A DNA stretch of 64,000 nucleotides from Lama glama. Lineage: Eukaryota. The position numbers were made by a program, and so were the translations under genes. Below the pieces are notes generated by a model. It was not told the DNA's origin, searched no databases, and worked only from the letters and a program-made list of their open reading frames with translations. This document shows, in pieces, positions 51,803 to 64,000 of the stretch. Within the stretch, counting starts at the first letter, position 1; each line of letters starts with the position of its first letter. The DNA lies in the NCBI GenBank assembly GCA_028534125.1, contig CM052818.1, positions 42,410,001-42,474,000 of the forward strand, given 5' to 3'.

Positions 51803-52325
51803 TGTTGCAGAAAAACATGTTACAGCTCAGTGTTACAGCTCAGGTGTGACAGCAACCTGGAGCCCGGCGAGAGACCAAGCAGCACTCGGAGAGTTGGGGA
51901 ACTCAGGTTTATTACACCAGCAGGCCAGGGGGGTTAATACTCCAAGCTCTGGACCCCGTCTTTAGGTTTACACAGGCTTTTATAGGCTGCTAGTTTGCAC
52001 TTTGTAACATCATATGCAAATAAGGTATAACAGAAGTTGACTAATTAGGAACAAGCTTTGTAGAAATGGACCAATCAGGAGTGAGCGAAATAACCAATCA
52101 GGAGTGAGCTCCATGCAAATGAAGTACTACAAATGGACCAATCAGGAGTGAGCTCAGGGAGCCAATAGGATTTTACGGGTAAGTTCTACTTTTCTAGAAT
52201 TAAGCCATTTCAGAGGCAAAAAGTGAGGTAGAGCCTCTGGGCCAGGGAACCAGATGGTGCTGGCAGGAGAGTAGTGGCCCTGCCTGGGGGTCCTGCTGGT
52301 GTTTTTTACGGGGCTTCCCACCTCA
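51803..52325 (-). mobile_element. Young ERV1-type solo LTR with perfect 4-bp TSD
   Basis: TG...CA termini flanked by CTCA at 51799-51802 and 52326-52329. Antisense AATAAA at about 51908 and TATAAAA at about 51978-51984; repeated CCAAT units. Confidence 0.88.
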
Positions 52326-53777
52326 CTCACTTCAGGCTCTTGTTCTAGATCCCAGAAAGGATGGAGTTGTGCTATTTCCCCCTGAGAACAGCTGTTGGCT
52401 CTGGTGCTTTCTTTCTCAAAGCCGCACAGCCTATGTGTGTGGTCTCCCTCCAAGGTCAGGGTATTTCGACAGCCTGCCGGGGAAGGGAGGGGGTTTTAAC
52501 ATTCGGACAGCAGAGTTCCTTCCTGCGTGGAGTGAGAACAGACATCAGGGACTCCACTACCCAGGATCAGCGTGCTTCGATACAGAGTAATTACAGATCT
52601 CACCCCTCCTCCACTGCTCACACCTCTTCTCACCCTCCCCCCAACAGCCCCCTTACTTCCTGCCCCTCTGAATACCCATAAAGGGGCAGGAAGGGCCACT
52701 CCAACTCTGGATACCCTGGGACCCCCCCCCCCCAGAGTGGGTGCTCCATCACTTTCCAGCGACCAGGTGCCATTAAGGAGCCACCTTATGCCCAAAACTG
52801 CATCACAAAAGCAGCTGGCTCGCCTGCCAGCCTTGCGCACTCTTCAGGTTCAAGAAGGAGCAGCAATTATTCTTAATGTCAAACTCCCTCTGCCTGCCGC
52901 CCGGGCCGTAGATAAGCAAAGCACAGACCAGACTTAAATCATCCGGAGTGAAATCCAAGTCTCACGCCAGACTCTGAGGCCACCTGAGGAGCCAATCTGC
53001 CGAGCCTGCTTAACTGAAAGTGTCACCTTACGATCTCGATTGCATAAGAGCTCCTGATGGTGAAGTCTCTTACGGTGATACTTTATGCTGACAACAGCGC
53101 TGAATTAGAGGGTGCAGCTGACTGAAATGAGCTTAATTTTCCATACAAATATGGGCTCTTGGAAAGACATCACTTTTTTTCAGGTCGAAAATCGATTTTA
53201 TCTCCCCTAATTAGGAGAATATGTAAAGCAAGAGGAGGGGAATGGTGTTCAATTTGCCATAAAAAGCAAACCCGGTAGTTTGTAAGATCACACTTTCCCA
53301 ACAAGCGCTGGCCCATTAGAGGGGATCATACATAATTCAGGACCCACTTGTTACTGCGTGTATCATGCAAATTTGCTCAAATTACATTTAGAAAAAATGA
53401 GGTTCATCTTCTGGCTTTAAATAGACTATTAAAGAAGAGGGGTAGATAGAAAAGCCATAAAGAAGCAAACGATTTAAGTGGCATCAGTGTGAATGTGGGA
53501 CAGGAGGCTTGAATGTAGGAGGGAAAAGCCCCCGGTTCTGAGCCCCATGTGAAGACAGAGCCCAGCAGGTGACAGGTTGTTTCCGTTTTCATCTGTCCCC
53601 TCTGCAAAGGTGCTTGCCCCCATTCGAAGCAAGGACGCTTCCATTTTGGGTGCCTCTTGCCTCTTGTCTCTGAGGTCATCTGAATTTCGATTTTCTGGGA
53701 GGTTTTCTTCTTGGGCCTTAGAGGTTTATGTGTAGGGGGTGGTGGGGGTGCGTGAGGGGGGTAAGAGAGACAGAAGG

Positions 53778-54153
53778 GCTTAGCCAGCTCGAGCTGCTAT
53801 AACAAAGTATGATACTGGGTGGCTTAGAAACCATAGACACTTATTTCTCACCGACTGGAACTCGGCTGGACGTCTCAGATCAGGGCACCAGCATGGCCGG
53901 GTGCTGGTGCGAGTCTGCAGCTCTTCCGGGTTGTAGACTTCTGACATCTCATTGCATCCTCCCATTGTGGCAGAAAGAGGAGTGACGTGCTTGCTGAGGT
54001 CCCTTTTATAAGAACACTGATCTCATTCCTGAGGGCTCCACCCTCACGACCTCAATTACCTCCCAAAGGCCCCACCTCCAAATACCATCAGATTGGCGAT
54101 CAGCATTGAAACCTATGAATGTGGACGAAGGAACAAACATTCAGTCCATAACG
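53778..54153 (-). mobile_element. MaLR MLT1A-like solo LTR
   Basis: gctgctataacaaagta...actgggtggctta...gagggctccaccctcacgacc...cctcccaaaggccccacctccaaatacca...aacattcagtccataac. Confidence 0.88.
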
Positions 54154-55360
54154 AGAGCTCAGAGGAGGCAGGGTCCGTTTCGCCTGGGGAAATTTGCCTG
54201 ACCAGTTGTCCAGGTGCTGAGCAAGGCCTTGGGAACATGGAGGTGACAAGAAAGAGTCTGGGCAGGAAAGGCGCTTCAGAGACAGAAGACAGGGCCTTGA
54301 AGAGAGGGGTTGGAATGGGCGCTGGGCAGGCAGCGTATTGGGGAGGGGGCGAAACCGCTTGGGAGAGACAGACAGAGAGATACTTGTGTCTGGCCAGCGG
54401 GAGAGGATGTGAAATGCCTTGCGACAGTGGCTGGCCCTGCCGGGATGCTCCGGGATGCAGAAGGGGAGGCCTTTGTTGATGGAACCAGCTGCCTCCTTTC
54501 CTAAAATACGACTGTCTTGAGTCCCGTTCTCCATGGTGATGCCACCTGGACAGTAGAAGGAGGAGCACAGTGACCCTTGGAATTTCTGGAAAAGAATTTT
54601 TTCGGAGCTGCTCCAGCTGTCAGCTCTGAGGGAGAAGCTTGGGGGCTGGACGATCAATAAGCCAAGCAAGGCCACGGGCAGCTGGGGAGTTTAAGGGCGG
54701 GAATTAAACAAGCTCTGCATGCAAATCTCTGGGTGGGGATTAATTGAGATTTAAATAATTAAGCCTCCCTGGGTAAGTTGGAAGCAAGATACAAAGGAAG
54801 AAGGGCTTTGCTGAGGCCTGACCGGTGCCTGGGGAGACGTGAAGCACCCCCAGCTCCTGCTCAAATGTCCGACTCCTGTGTCCTGAGAATCAGTTCCTCA
54901 CGTTTCCCTGGCCCCTTTCCTTCTACCTTCAAGGTCTCGTTTCAATCTAAGCTCCTCTTGACTCCAGCAGCCACAACCTTAATCATCTTTCTGCTGGATT
55001 CCTGCAGGTGTCTCCTGGAAAGTCACCCACCCTGGGCTCTTTCTGGCTTTGCCAAAATTTCACTTCCTGAAACCAGCCCCAAGGGCGGCACTACTGAGCT
55101 TTGCCTCTGCGTGGACTCAAGGCCTTCTCCGATGTGACTTTTCCAACCTTATTTCCTACTCTCCCCCTGGCCCCTGTGGAAGTGAGCTCCCTGACCCCAC
55201 ATTTCCCCTACAGCTTCCTGCCTCTGTGCCTTTGCACACTCGGGAATGAATTTCCCTTCCATGCCCTCTGCTAGGCCAGTCATATTTCCATGAGGCACCC
55301 TTGACCTCCCCCACCAGAAGGACCACGTCCTACTTCGCGTGATGGTTATTTATGTATGCG

Positions 55361-56240
55361 CGTTGGAGTGTTACTGGAGAATAAGTCCTTGACTCGCGTG
55401 GGAAAGAATTCAAGAGCAAGCTTTGGTGAAGTGAAAGTAGGTTTATTCAGGGAGATACGCATTCCGCAGACAGAGTGGGGGCTATCTCAGGAGGCGAGAG
55501 AGGCGGCCCCAGCGTGTGGGGTTGTTAGTTTTCGTGGACTGGGTAATTTCATATGACACGTGGGAGGACTATTCCAACTGTTTTGGGGGAAAGGGCAGGA
55601 ATTACCTGGAATTGGGCACCTGCCCGCTTTTTGGCCTTTTATGGGCAGCCTGGGAGCTGTCCCAGAGCCTTGTGGGTGTGTCATTTACCATGCTCATTGT
55701 TACCGTGAGCCTGTAATGAGGCTCAAGGTCCTACGGGAGGTCAGTTCTTCTGCCATCTTGGGCTTAGCTGGTTCTAACCAGTTAATGTCATATCCTCAAT
55801 TGCTGCATCATCCTTTCAATGGTTGTGCCCTGCCACCTTCCCTCCTTTCTTAGGAGGAGGTCACAGAAAGGATGTGATTGCTGGTTGACCCATGAGCTGG
55901 ACCTGGGCCACCGGAGGCTCCTCACTCGCTTTCTGATCTTGTAGTTCTGCCCATAGTTCATGGTGAGAGCCATTTTCAAGGATGCAGCCTTGAGAGAGCC
56001 CTGTGTGGTTGAGACCATCTGGCTGAACACATGACTGAACCCAGTTAAGGCCTCTCTACAAACTCTGAAGGTTCTGGCGGGTGGGTGCAGAGATATTCTC
56101 ATCTTGTGGTGCCCAAGACAAGCGTCCAGTGTAAGTTCCACTGCTTACTAAGCCTGCACCCCACCAATCTGGGGCGGTCTGCCTCTTTCTTCTGTGTCCA
56201 GGGGCCAGTGTTGGATTTCACCCTGGGACTCGAACCAACA
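55361..56240. mobile_element. Older ERVL-like LTR, split near its left end by the ERV1 LTR
   Basis: Removing the inner LTR gives (c/t)GTTGGAGGAGG...CCAACA, with inverted termini GTTGG/CCAAC and 5-bp near-TSD ATGCG/GTGTG. Confidence 0.5.
55369..55852 (-). mobile_element. ERV1-type solo LTR with GGAG TSD
   Basis: Starts TGTTAC and ends ...TTCTTA (degenerate CA). GGAG at 55365-55368 and 55853-55856; TTTATT at about 55442. Confidence 0.82.
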
Positions 56241-57439
56241 GTGTGTCTCATCACTTCTCAGGTTGCCAGCTTCTCGAATGAAAGGCTGCCTGATTTGGTG
56301 CGTGAAACCGGGGGTGTCCTGTGATGGCAACGTCAGGGGAGGGAAGTGGCACAATCCCAGGGAACAGATGTGCAGTGGGATTTAGAGCTGTTCAGGTCAG
56401 GTTTTGACCAAGGAAGTTAAGAAAAAGTTTTCTGAGCTTTTTTGATACTGGAACTGAGGTGAAGGGATTGCGGACCAGTGTTCCCTGAGGAATTCTCTCC
56501 GGTGCTCTGCAGGGATGCTGATGATGAGAAAAGAGAGCTTGTTTATGCACTTTCCCAGGCAGACTGAAAAGTAATTCAAACTTAGCTGATATCACATCCC
56601 TCCCTCTCTAAATAGAGAGGGTTTAGCTGAATGGGGGATCACAATCGCAATGATGTATTTGAAACCGTGGTGGCCTCAGGAGATCCTTCTGGAATCATGG
56701 AACCTTTTTCACATGCACATCAGTGTGTGGTTGGAGGAGGTGTGTCCAGGTGCCATGGGGTGATGCCTGCAGCCCCAGTAAGTGATGGTCGTAGGGGGGA
56801 CATGGTCGTAGGGGGACATCAGGTTTTGGGGCGGGTCCCCTGTAACACACCATATTTATGATCACCTTCAGTGATCCAACCATCGGACTTTAAAGAGCAA
56901 CCTGTCTGGAAAGGTTAGATAAAAGGGTAGCTATGGGTGATTAAAAGAAAAAAATGCAGGTCTCTAGGTGAGACGGGAGAGATGTCATTGTGGGTCTTAA
57001 AAGAACAGCCTTAATATCGAGGAATCCTTGCTGGGCCCCGGTAACCTAGATACCACCTCTCAAAGAAAATATAGAACTGTTTCCTAGCAGAGCCCCAGTA
57101 TCTTTCAAGTCACGGCTTCTAGGATTTATTGCAGGTCATTAACTGCTGTGCTATACGACACAGGGAAGAAGTGAGAAGATTAAAGTAACAGCCAGGGCTG
57201 TTGAGAAATAATTTGGCCTGTCTTTGTTGCTGGGAGTGTGCTGTTAAACCATTATTACCTGTTAATTCTCGGTGTAACTCTGGGGAGGAATATTATTACC
57301 CAAGTGGCAGAGATTTTTTTCAATTAACTCTGTATAGTCAGAAGTAAGTGGCTAAGAATTGGAGATGCATTTCTTAAGGTAAATTAGAACTCAGGTAGGC
57401 AAGGCCCTGAGTCAGGACTTGCTACCTGATTTACCATCC

Positions 57440-57582
57440 AATGCAGAATGGAAATACAGGGGCCCTGGTTCGAAAATTAGTCAAGTTTCAAGATGGTGGC
57501 ATTAAACCAAGCATGGGGCCTTTCTGAGCCAGGGGACCTGGGTCAACATGTGGACCACATGCCCGTGAAGCCTGCCTGGCCC
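57440..57582. mobile_element. MER45A-like hAT MITE fragment
   Basis: ggggccctggttc...ttcaagatggtggcattaaaccaagcatggggcctttctgagc...tgcccgtgaagcc. Confidence 0.65.
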
Positions 57583-57856
57583 CAGGGCCTTCTGAGATTT
57601 TAGAAGAAATACAGTGTAGTAGAAAAATCAAGGGGCTCTATTCAAGCCAGACAAGCCTGCGATCAGTTCTGTTTTGCATTTTATTGGTTTGACCGTGGAC
57701 ATAGTGGAGGGGCCTCTGTTTCCTCCTTTGTAAAGAGCAGCTAGGAAAACTAGTTCCACAGTGATAATATAATGATGGAAAAAATAAAGTTTGTAGAGTG
57801 CTTACCAGAGCACACGGTATCTAATAAGAACTTAATTAATCTTAGTTCCGTAGGAG

Positions 57857-58262
57857 TGTTGCTGGTGCCAGGCCACATCCTCTCACCTGTCCCTCTTCCG
57901 TCCCTACCAGCCGGCTTCCAAATGCCAGCACCTGCACTTCTAGCCTGGTGAATTTTCTCTTGCTGCTGCCAGAGAATTGATCACCACCACCACCCTTTGT
58001 CATCCCTCCACCAGGCACTGAGGGAATCTGGAGTATCTGTGCCCCTGCTCCCTAGCTACTTAGGTGGGATAGCTCTGAGTTGTGTGCCTTTCTCAGGGTC
58101 CCAGAGTTCTCCCAGTGGGGCGAAGCTCCGGTCTCTCCAGAGGTAGCTGGCTTGTTATACTGTCCTGTTGTCCTCCCCACCCTTCTACCCTTCATCTGGT
58201 CTCCAGGTCAGCTTCTAGGATAGCCCCATCTCTGACAAGGTCCCACCCCTTCTCTTTCCCTT
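57857..58262 (-). mobile_element. ERVL LTR16-like element
   Basis: ccaaatgccagcacctgcac...gggatagctctgag...ccagagttctcccagtggg; recalled similarity only. Confidence 0.55.
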
Positions 58263-59029
58263 AGTGAGAGGGGTGGAGAAGATGCTGAAAAGCAGGGACA
58301 GGGGTGTTGGCCCACCTGCCCGCTCAGCTGAGTTGGTGTTGGAAGGCTTTATCTGATCTGATGTAATAACCAAAGGAGAAACTGACAGAGCATGGACTGG
58401 CCCAGCAGCCACCGTGACTCAGAGTCCTTGGGGCCAGCACTACAGCCTGCTGCCCCTGGGCTGCCCCAGCAGAGCTCCAGCTCTGGGCTCTTCCCAGAGA
58501 AAGTCACTGTGCAACTCCACTTCGGCCATGAAACCGCTGAGCTGGAGCTCAGTATCCAGAGTCACCACCTGGATTCCATCCTCCACTGCTTTTGGCCAGA
58601 GAGAGCATTTGGGTCCTGGCATCCCACAGTAGGGTCCATGAAAACCCCAGAACTTCCCTCATTCTGGCCTTGGCCTTGGCAGGTTCTGGCTGGGGCTGTT
58701 CTTCTATAGAGTCCCTGGGTTGAAAGCAGGACCACTTGGGTCTTCGGTGGGTGGGTTGGGAGGCATTCTTTAAGCATCTCAGTGTTTACCTTACAGTAGC
58801 TATTTGAATATAGAGGGTTTCAAGATTTGTTTTCAGATTCTTTAAATCTCTGCTTCACTCGATCAGTCTTGCTTGCAGTGCTCTTAGAATGGTTTTGTAC
58901 AGCTCTGTTCCTTCTGTCTTTCTTTCTTGGTCCACTAGTTTCCTTTGGTAACATTTCCAGGCCTCAGACTCTCCTCCTTCTTTCTCCATCTCCTGTTGGG
59001 GAGGGAGTATAAGAGCCTCGCTGTGCCCT

Positions 59030-59570
59030 TGGAGCAGAAGATATTCCCCACTGTCATGCCAGGGGTCCCTTTAGTGGTCTGATGAAGCCTTTGGGGCCCC
59101 TTCTCGAAGTAATGATTCTTAACGCACAAAATAATACATATAAGATTACAAAAAGTAAAACATAATTAGGTAATGTTTTTTTATATTGATATGTCTATAT
59201 AACACATCTCTCTCTATATATAAAGTATTTAACTTTTAAGCCCCCAATTTTTGATTTAGTACAATATGTGCTTTCTATTAGTGACTTTAATAACCCAACC
59301 TGGTATGGATAAAGTGACTTCCATAAGTCTGAAGCAACAGTGGGCACATTTTGATGTATCTGCAATGACTGTAATGTGATCCAAAAATAGCTGCATGTCC
59401 CCTGGTGACAAAGCTGAATTACTGTTTCTACCACTCTGGTTTGCTTACTCTTATAATTGAAAGAAATGCCAAATTTCAGGCAGAGATGAATGAAAATGAA
59501 GACATAATTTTTTCCCCATTCACGTTCTTTGGATGCCTGAATTAAGCCCTCGGACCCTTGTTAAAAACGT
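59030..59570. mobile_element. hAT-Charlie element (MER119-like)
   Basis: gtctgatgaagcctttggggccccttctc...aaaataatacatataagattacaaa...aatgccaaatttcag...ggacccttgttaaaaac. Confidence 0.65.
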
Positions 59571-60279
59571 TGTCGTAGAGTTTGACATGTACCCCAAACG
59601 TTTCCCTGATTTTCTGCCTTTGCTACCCCTGATGAGCGGGGTCAGCACTCTGCTTCCTTCGTCTACAGCAGGACCGGGGCCGATCAGAGTATGCCACAGG
59701 GAGGGCTGTTCCTACTTTCGACACCTGAGCCCTCACCAAGATCCTTGGGTCATTGCAACAGTGGTGGGCCTCAGACTCTAGCCACAGGAAGGAGTTAAGC
59801 ATTTTGGCTAAAACGCACCGAGAGAGGAAAGATGTGTGAGGCTCGTTCTTTGGGATGTCAAACCAGGTCACCGGCCCAGAAGGCAATTCAGCTAAAAACA
59901 AAGATTGCCCAGGAGGAGAACCCAGCTCTCACAGTGGTGGACATATGGGCTGGCTGGAAATTGACAAATAATTATATCTCATCCCCATTTGGCTTTCTTT
60001 CAAGACAGAAGATGAATTAGATATTGAGCAAAATTTTTGGCTGAGTGAAACCTAGATGTTCTCAAAGCCAGAAAAGAATGAAAGAGGTTGAGAGATGCTG
60101 TGAATAGGCCGTTGTAGAGCAGCAAAAGGCATCCTGCTGGGAGAAGGGTCACATGCAGAAAGAAACACTCAGCCCTAGACACTCTGTGTGCGGAAACAAA
60201 ACAAAGCTATACGGGTTTGTGGTGGAGACAAAGGAAGCTGGGGATGGCCAGCGTCACTCACCCACACATTAAAAAAAAA

Positions 60280-60886
60280 ATTGAAGTAGAGTTGGTTTAC
60301 AATATTATATTAGTTTCAGGTGTACAACATAGTGATTCAATATTTTTATAGTTTATACTCCATTTAAAGTTATTTCAAAATGTTAGCTATATTCCCTGTG
60401 CTGTACAATAAAAATATATCCAGGTAGCTTATTTACTTCATCCATAGTAGTTCGTATCTCTTAATCCCATACCCGTATCTTGCCCCTCCCCACTTCCTCC
60501 TCCCCACTGGTATCTCTATACCTGTGAGTCTGTTTCAGTTTTCTTATATACATTCATTTGTTTTATTTTTTGGCTTCCACATATTAACATAGAGTTTTTG
60601 TCTTTGTCTGACTTATTTCACTAAGCATAATACCTATTAGGCCATCCATGTTGTTGCAAATGGCAGAATTCCATTCTTTTTTATGGCTAAGTAGTATTCC
60701 ATTGTGTATATACACCTCATCTTCTTTATCCATTCATCCATTGATGGGCACTTACATTGTTTCCATGGCTTGGCTATTGTAAATAACGATGCTGTGAGCA
60801 TTGGGGTTCATGTAGCTTTTCAAATCAGTGTTTTCATTTTCTTCAGCTATATACCCAGCACTGGAATTGCTGGATCATAGGGGAGT
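60280..60886 (-). mobile_element. L1MA-like 3' end, 5'-truncated
   Basis: attgaagtagagttggtttacaatattatattagtttcaggtgtacaacatagtgattc...gacttatttcactaagcataata...ggaattgctggatcata. Confidence 0.9.
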
Positions 60887-63549
60887 CCTCTTTTCCTATG
60901 TAGAACGCCAAGCAGAGTAAGCCTGGTCCCCTGCTCTTGAAGGAGATAGTACAAAGGAAACATTTTGGGTTCAAATCCTAAAATATTCACTTCACATCCG
61001 GGAAGTTTCAAGGAGCCATAAACCTCTCTGAGCCTCACTTTCCTTACCTGAAAAATAAGACAGCTTTCTACTTAGAGAGTTGTGAGGATTAACCCATCCT
61101 TCGTTATGCCCTTGACACACCTGGAGCGGAAAGAACGCAGGTTTGGAGCGGGACAGGTGTGGGCACGTCACTTCTCTCTCTGAACGTCAGTCTCTTTGGC
61201 TGTAAAATGGGGATTAAAAAAAATCCACATTGTAGGTGTGTTGTGGGTATTAAATGTGATAAGGAATTCCCCACTGCTCTGGCATGAAACAGGCACTCAA
61301 TCATTAGAATGAAGGCAGGAATGTGTTCGTTGTTAACGTCTGCTAAGCTGCCTTGAATTCCCTGGTGTAACCGAGTACATTTAGATTTTAAAAGAGGTCA
61401 GTTGGCCGATAGCCGGCCCACTCACACTTTGCTCCTCGAAGACCCCACACTTGGTTCTAGACACTTTTGGTCATCAGAACTTCTAGGGTCAGTTGCGCCC
61501 CACCACCTCTCCCCACAGTGGGCTTGGGAGGCAGGTGTCCTGCGTTCCTGTCACAGCCTCCGCTTTCCACCTGGTGAACGTTTGCTGGGTTTCTCGTCTG
61601 TAAAAGGGGCAGCAGCTTCCATTTGCAGAGCTGTGTGGACGGACGGTGTAAGGGGATGAGGCGCCAGGAACCCAGCAGCTGCTCGGTTCTGCAGCCGTCA
61701 GGGGGTCTGCAGAGAGCCTCTGCGGGGACAGCCTACCTTTGTGACCAAGGTCCTTCTGTCTCCTGCGTCCTTACCACAGTCACATGCCATCACGTTGAGT
61801 GACCCGCAGCACTGCCAAACCATGTGGAAGTAGACTCCTAAAAACCCAGTCATGTTCAGTGTTGACATCAGTACTGTTTTTATTACCAATAATGCTGTAA
61901 CTGTGGGTGGGAATCGCAACCTCAAAGTGGATTTGAGTAACAGCTCTGCCGCTAGCTTCAAGACCTTGGGCCAATTATTTACCCTCAGCTTTAGGTTCCT
62001 CATCTGTAAAATATGGATAATAGCCATCTGTACCTGATAAGATTATCGCAGAGAAGAAAGGAGAGAAGGCACACGAAATACTTCAACAGAGTTGCTTCTA
62101 TTCGGTGCTTAATACATGCGAGCTACCTCAAGCTTATCGTATTCTTGTGGATCTAAGACTTTTGAGAACCCAACCATAGTATGTAGCATAATTTTTGCCA
62201 TGAAAGTGGCATCCATGAATACGCCTTCTGGTGGCCCCACTTCCACAGAAAGTGGGGCTGGAGGCTTGTTGTGGGCTCTCCAACCTCATTGATAGGAAGG
62301 GCCCCCAGTGCCCAGCTGTACACCTGCTCCCAGTGGCTGATGGAAACGTCCACGTTATACACACAAGCAGGACAGGGGTGAGCCTCGCGGAGCAGGGTTC
62401 CCCTTGGGGCAGCTTCTTTTTACTGTGAGCCTCTTCCCTGGATTTGGGGCATCACACACGCTGTGCGGGACCCCAGCAGACTCCCCAGGGGAGGATGATT
62501 TTATAAACTTATCCCCCACTGGACTCCACATCTTCCCCAAACTGCGTGTAAGAGTCCCTGCCTCACCCTGATAAAAAGCAAAGGCTCCGAGGCTGGGGCA
62601 TGAGGAGGGCTGGGGTCCTGCAGAAAGATGACACACCCGGAGGCAAGTCGAAGACAGCTGCCAACTGGGAAGCTCTCTAATGTTACCTATTTAACATACA
62701 CAAAACATTGACTACGCCCAGGCACTGCTTTACGTCTTTTTACAAATATCAACTCAATTAATCCATGAAACCACATTATGAGGCAAATACTATGATCATC
62801 CCCATTGACGGAGAAGGAAGCAGAGGCCCAGAGAGGTCAGAACACTGGTCTGAGGTTCCGCCGTGGGCCGGGGCTGAGCTGGGAGTCACACCACGCTGCC
62901 TGTGTTAGCTGTCTGAAGCAAAGGGAAGGCTGCATTTCTCATCGGACCCTGCAGTAGATGCACCTTCACACTCACATCCAGGGAATGAGGTAATGAATAG
63001 TGGACCCGTCTCCGTCTCCCAGGGGTGACGGGGGCCATGTTCCCCCCGCCCCAGGGCTCCAGCTGGATCTCCTGACCAGACCTCTGCCCTGCCCTGTTCT
63101 CCAGGTTGTCACTTGTTATCTGAGTCTCCATGTCTTAAGCCATAAGATGGGACAGTGGTGTTGCCCACCGCCCAGGACTGGGGTGAGGACTGATGATGCT
63201 GGCGTGTGTGTGAAAACCTTTGTCCCCAAGCCCCTATGCATGATGACCATATTGTTTCACAGGTGGTGGGGATTCCCTGCCAGGTGATCCCGACTCCCCC
63301 GGGGCTTCCCACCCTCAGCCCGTCCGTGGCTGAACTGGAGACCCTCCCTCCCTTCTCTACCTGCTCGGCCCTCAAGGCTTGGCCAGAACACAGAGGACCC
63401 CTCTTTGCTGAGTCTGAACCCCCTCTGTGATGACAGTACTGGTTCTTCATCCCTCCCTCCTGCTCTGACCTCTGTAGCCTGCACACCCCACACTCTGTCT
63501 GCTTTTCTGGAACCCTGACTCCAAACCATGGTCCCCCACTTCCTCTTGG

Positions 63550-63965
63550 TTTTAGTTATTCTTTGCTGCTTAACAAACTACCCAAGAACATCGTGGCTGA
63601 AAGCACCCATGTTTGTGATTTCTCAGGATTCTGGGTCGGGAACTCGGACAGAGCAGAGTGGTGATGGCTCATCTCTATCCCCTGCGATGTCTTCCAGGAA
63701 CAGAACAAAGCGGGCAGCATCTTTGCTCATCTGTTCCCTTGGCTGGGAAGGCTGGGCTCGGCTGGGTTGCCGTCTTTGAGTCATCTCCATGGCCACTCCA
63801 CTTGGTCACCTTATGTCACCCTTCCGGCAGGACAGCCAGACTTCGTACATGGAGGCTAGGGTCCCCCACAGCACAGAGCAGGACCGCCAAGTCTTCCTGA
63901 GACCGAGGCCTGGAGCTGGCAGAGCACCTGTTCCTCCTGGCAGTGAGGCCAGGAGGGGTGTAAGC
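63550..63965 (-). mobile_element. Old MaLR MLT1 LTR fragment
   Basis: ttgctgcttaacaaactacccaa...tttctcaggattctgggtcgggaa...ctctatcc. Confidence 0.65.
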
Positions 63966-64000
63966 CAGGTGGTGAGGTGAGTGTGGGCAGCGGTGGCTCA

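Noticed and set aside
52064..52155. Spaced direct repeats resembling a CRISPR-like array
   Set aside because: Eukaryotic LTR U3 enhancer repeats with irregular spacing; no cas genes.
51217..55852. Possible provirus between LTRs
   Set aside because: The LTRs are dissimilar, each has its own TSD, and I see no gag/pol/env remnants or primer-binding site.

Overview
Mammalian genomic DNA, most likely camelid (alpaca or camel), judged from a Vic-1-type tRNA-derived SINE. The first ~26 kb are the 3' part of NBAS on the + strand. Three in-frame GT-AG exons lie at 7951-8090, 11504-11648 and 17417-17545, matching human exons 49-51 as I recall them. The terminal coding exon (VNDSNCDQELL...QHWV*) is absent and most probably falls in the N gap at 26396-26895. 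The rest looks intergenic: MIR, L2, old L1 fragments, hAT and Tigger MITEs, MaLR/ERVL LTRs and four ERV1-type solo LTRs. I see no support for a new gene or novel biological system. Most notable are the missing exon, an apparent 6-nt splice-acceptor shift, strong AT-to-GC substitution bias, a three-tier nested insertion, and a young LTR rich in CCAAT and octamer motifs. Repeat family names and human comparisons come from memory, not database searches.
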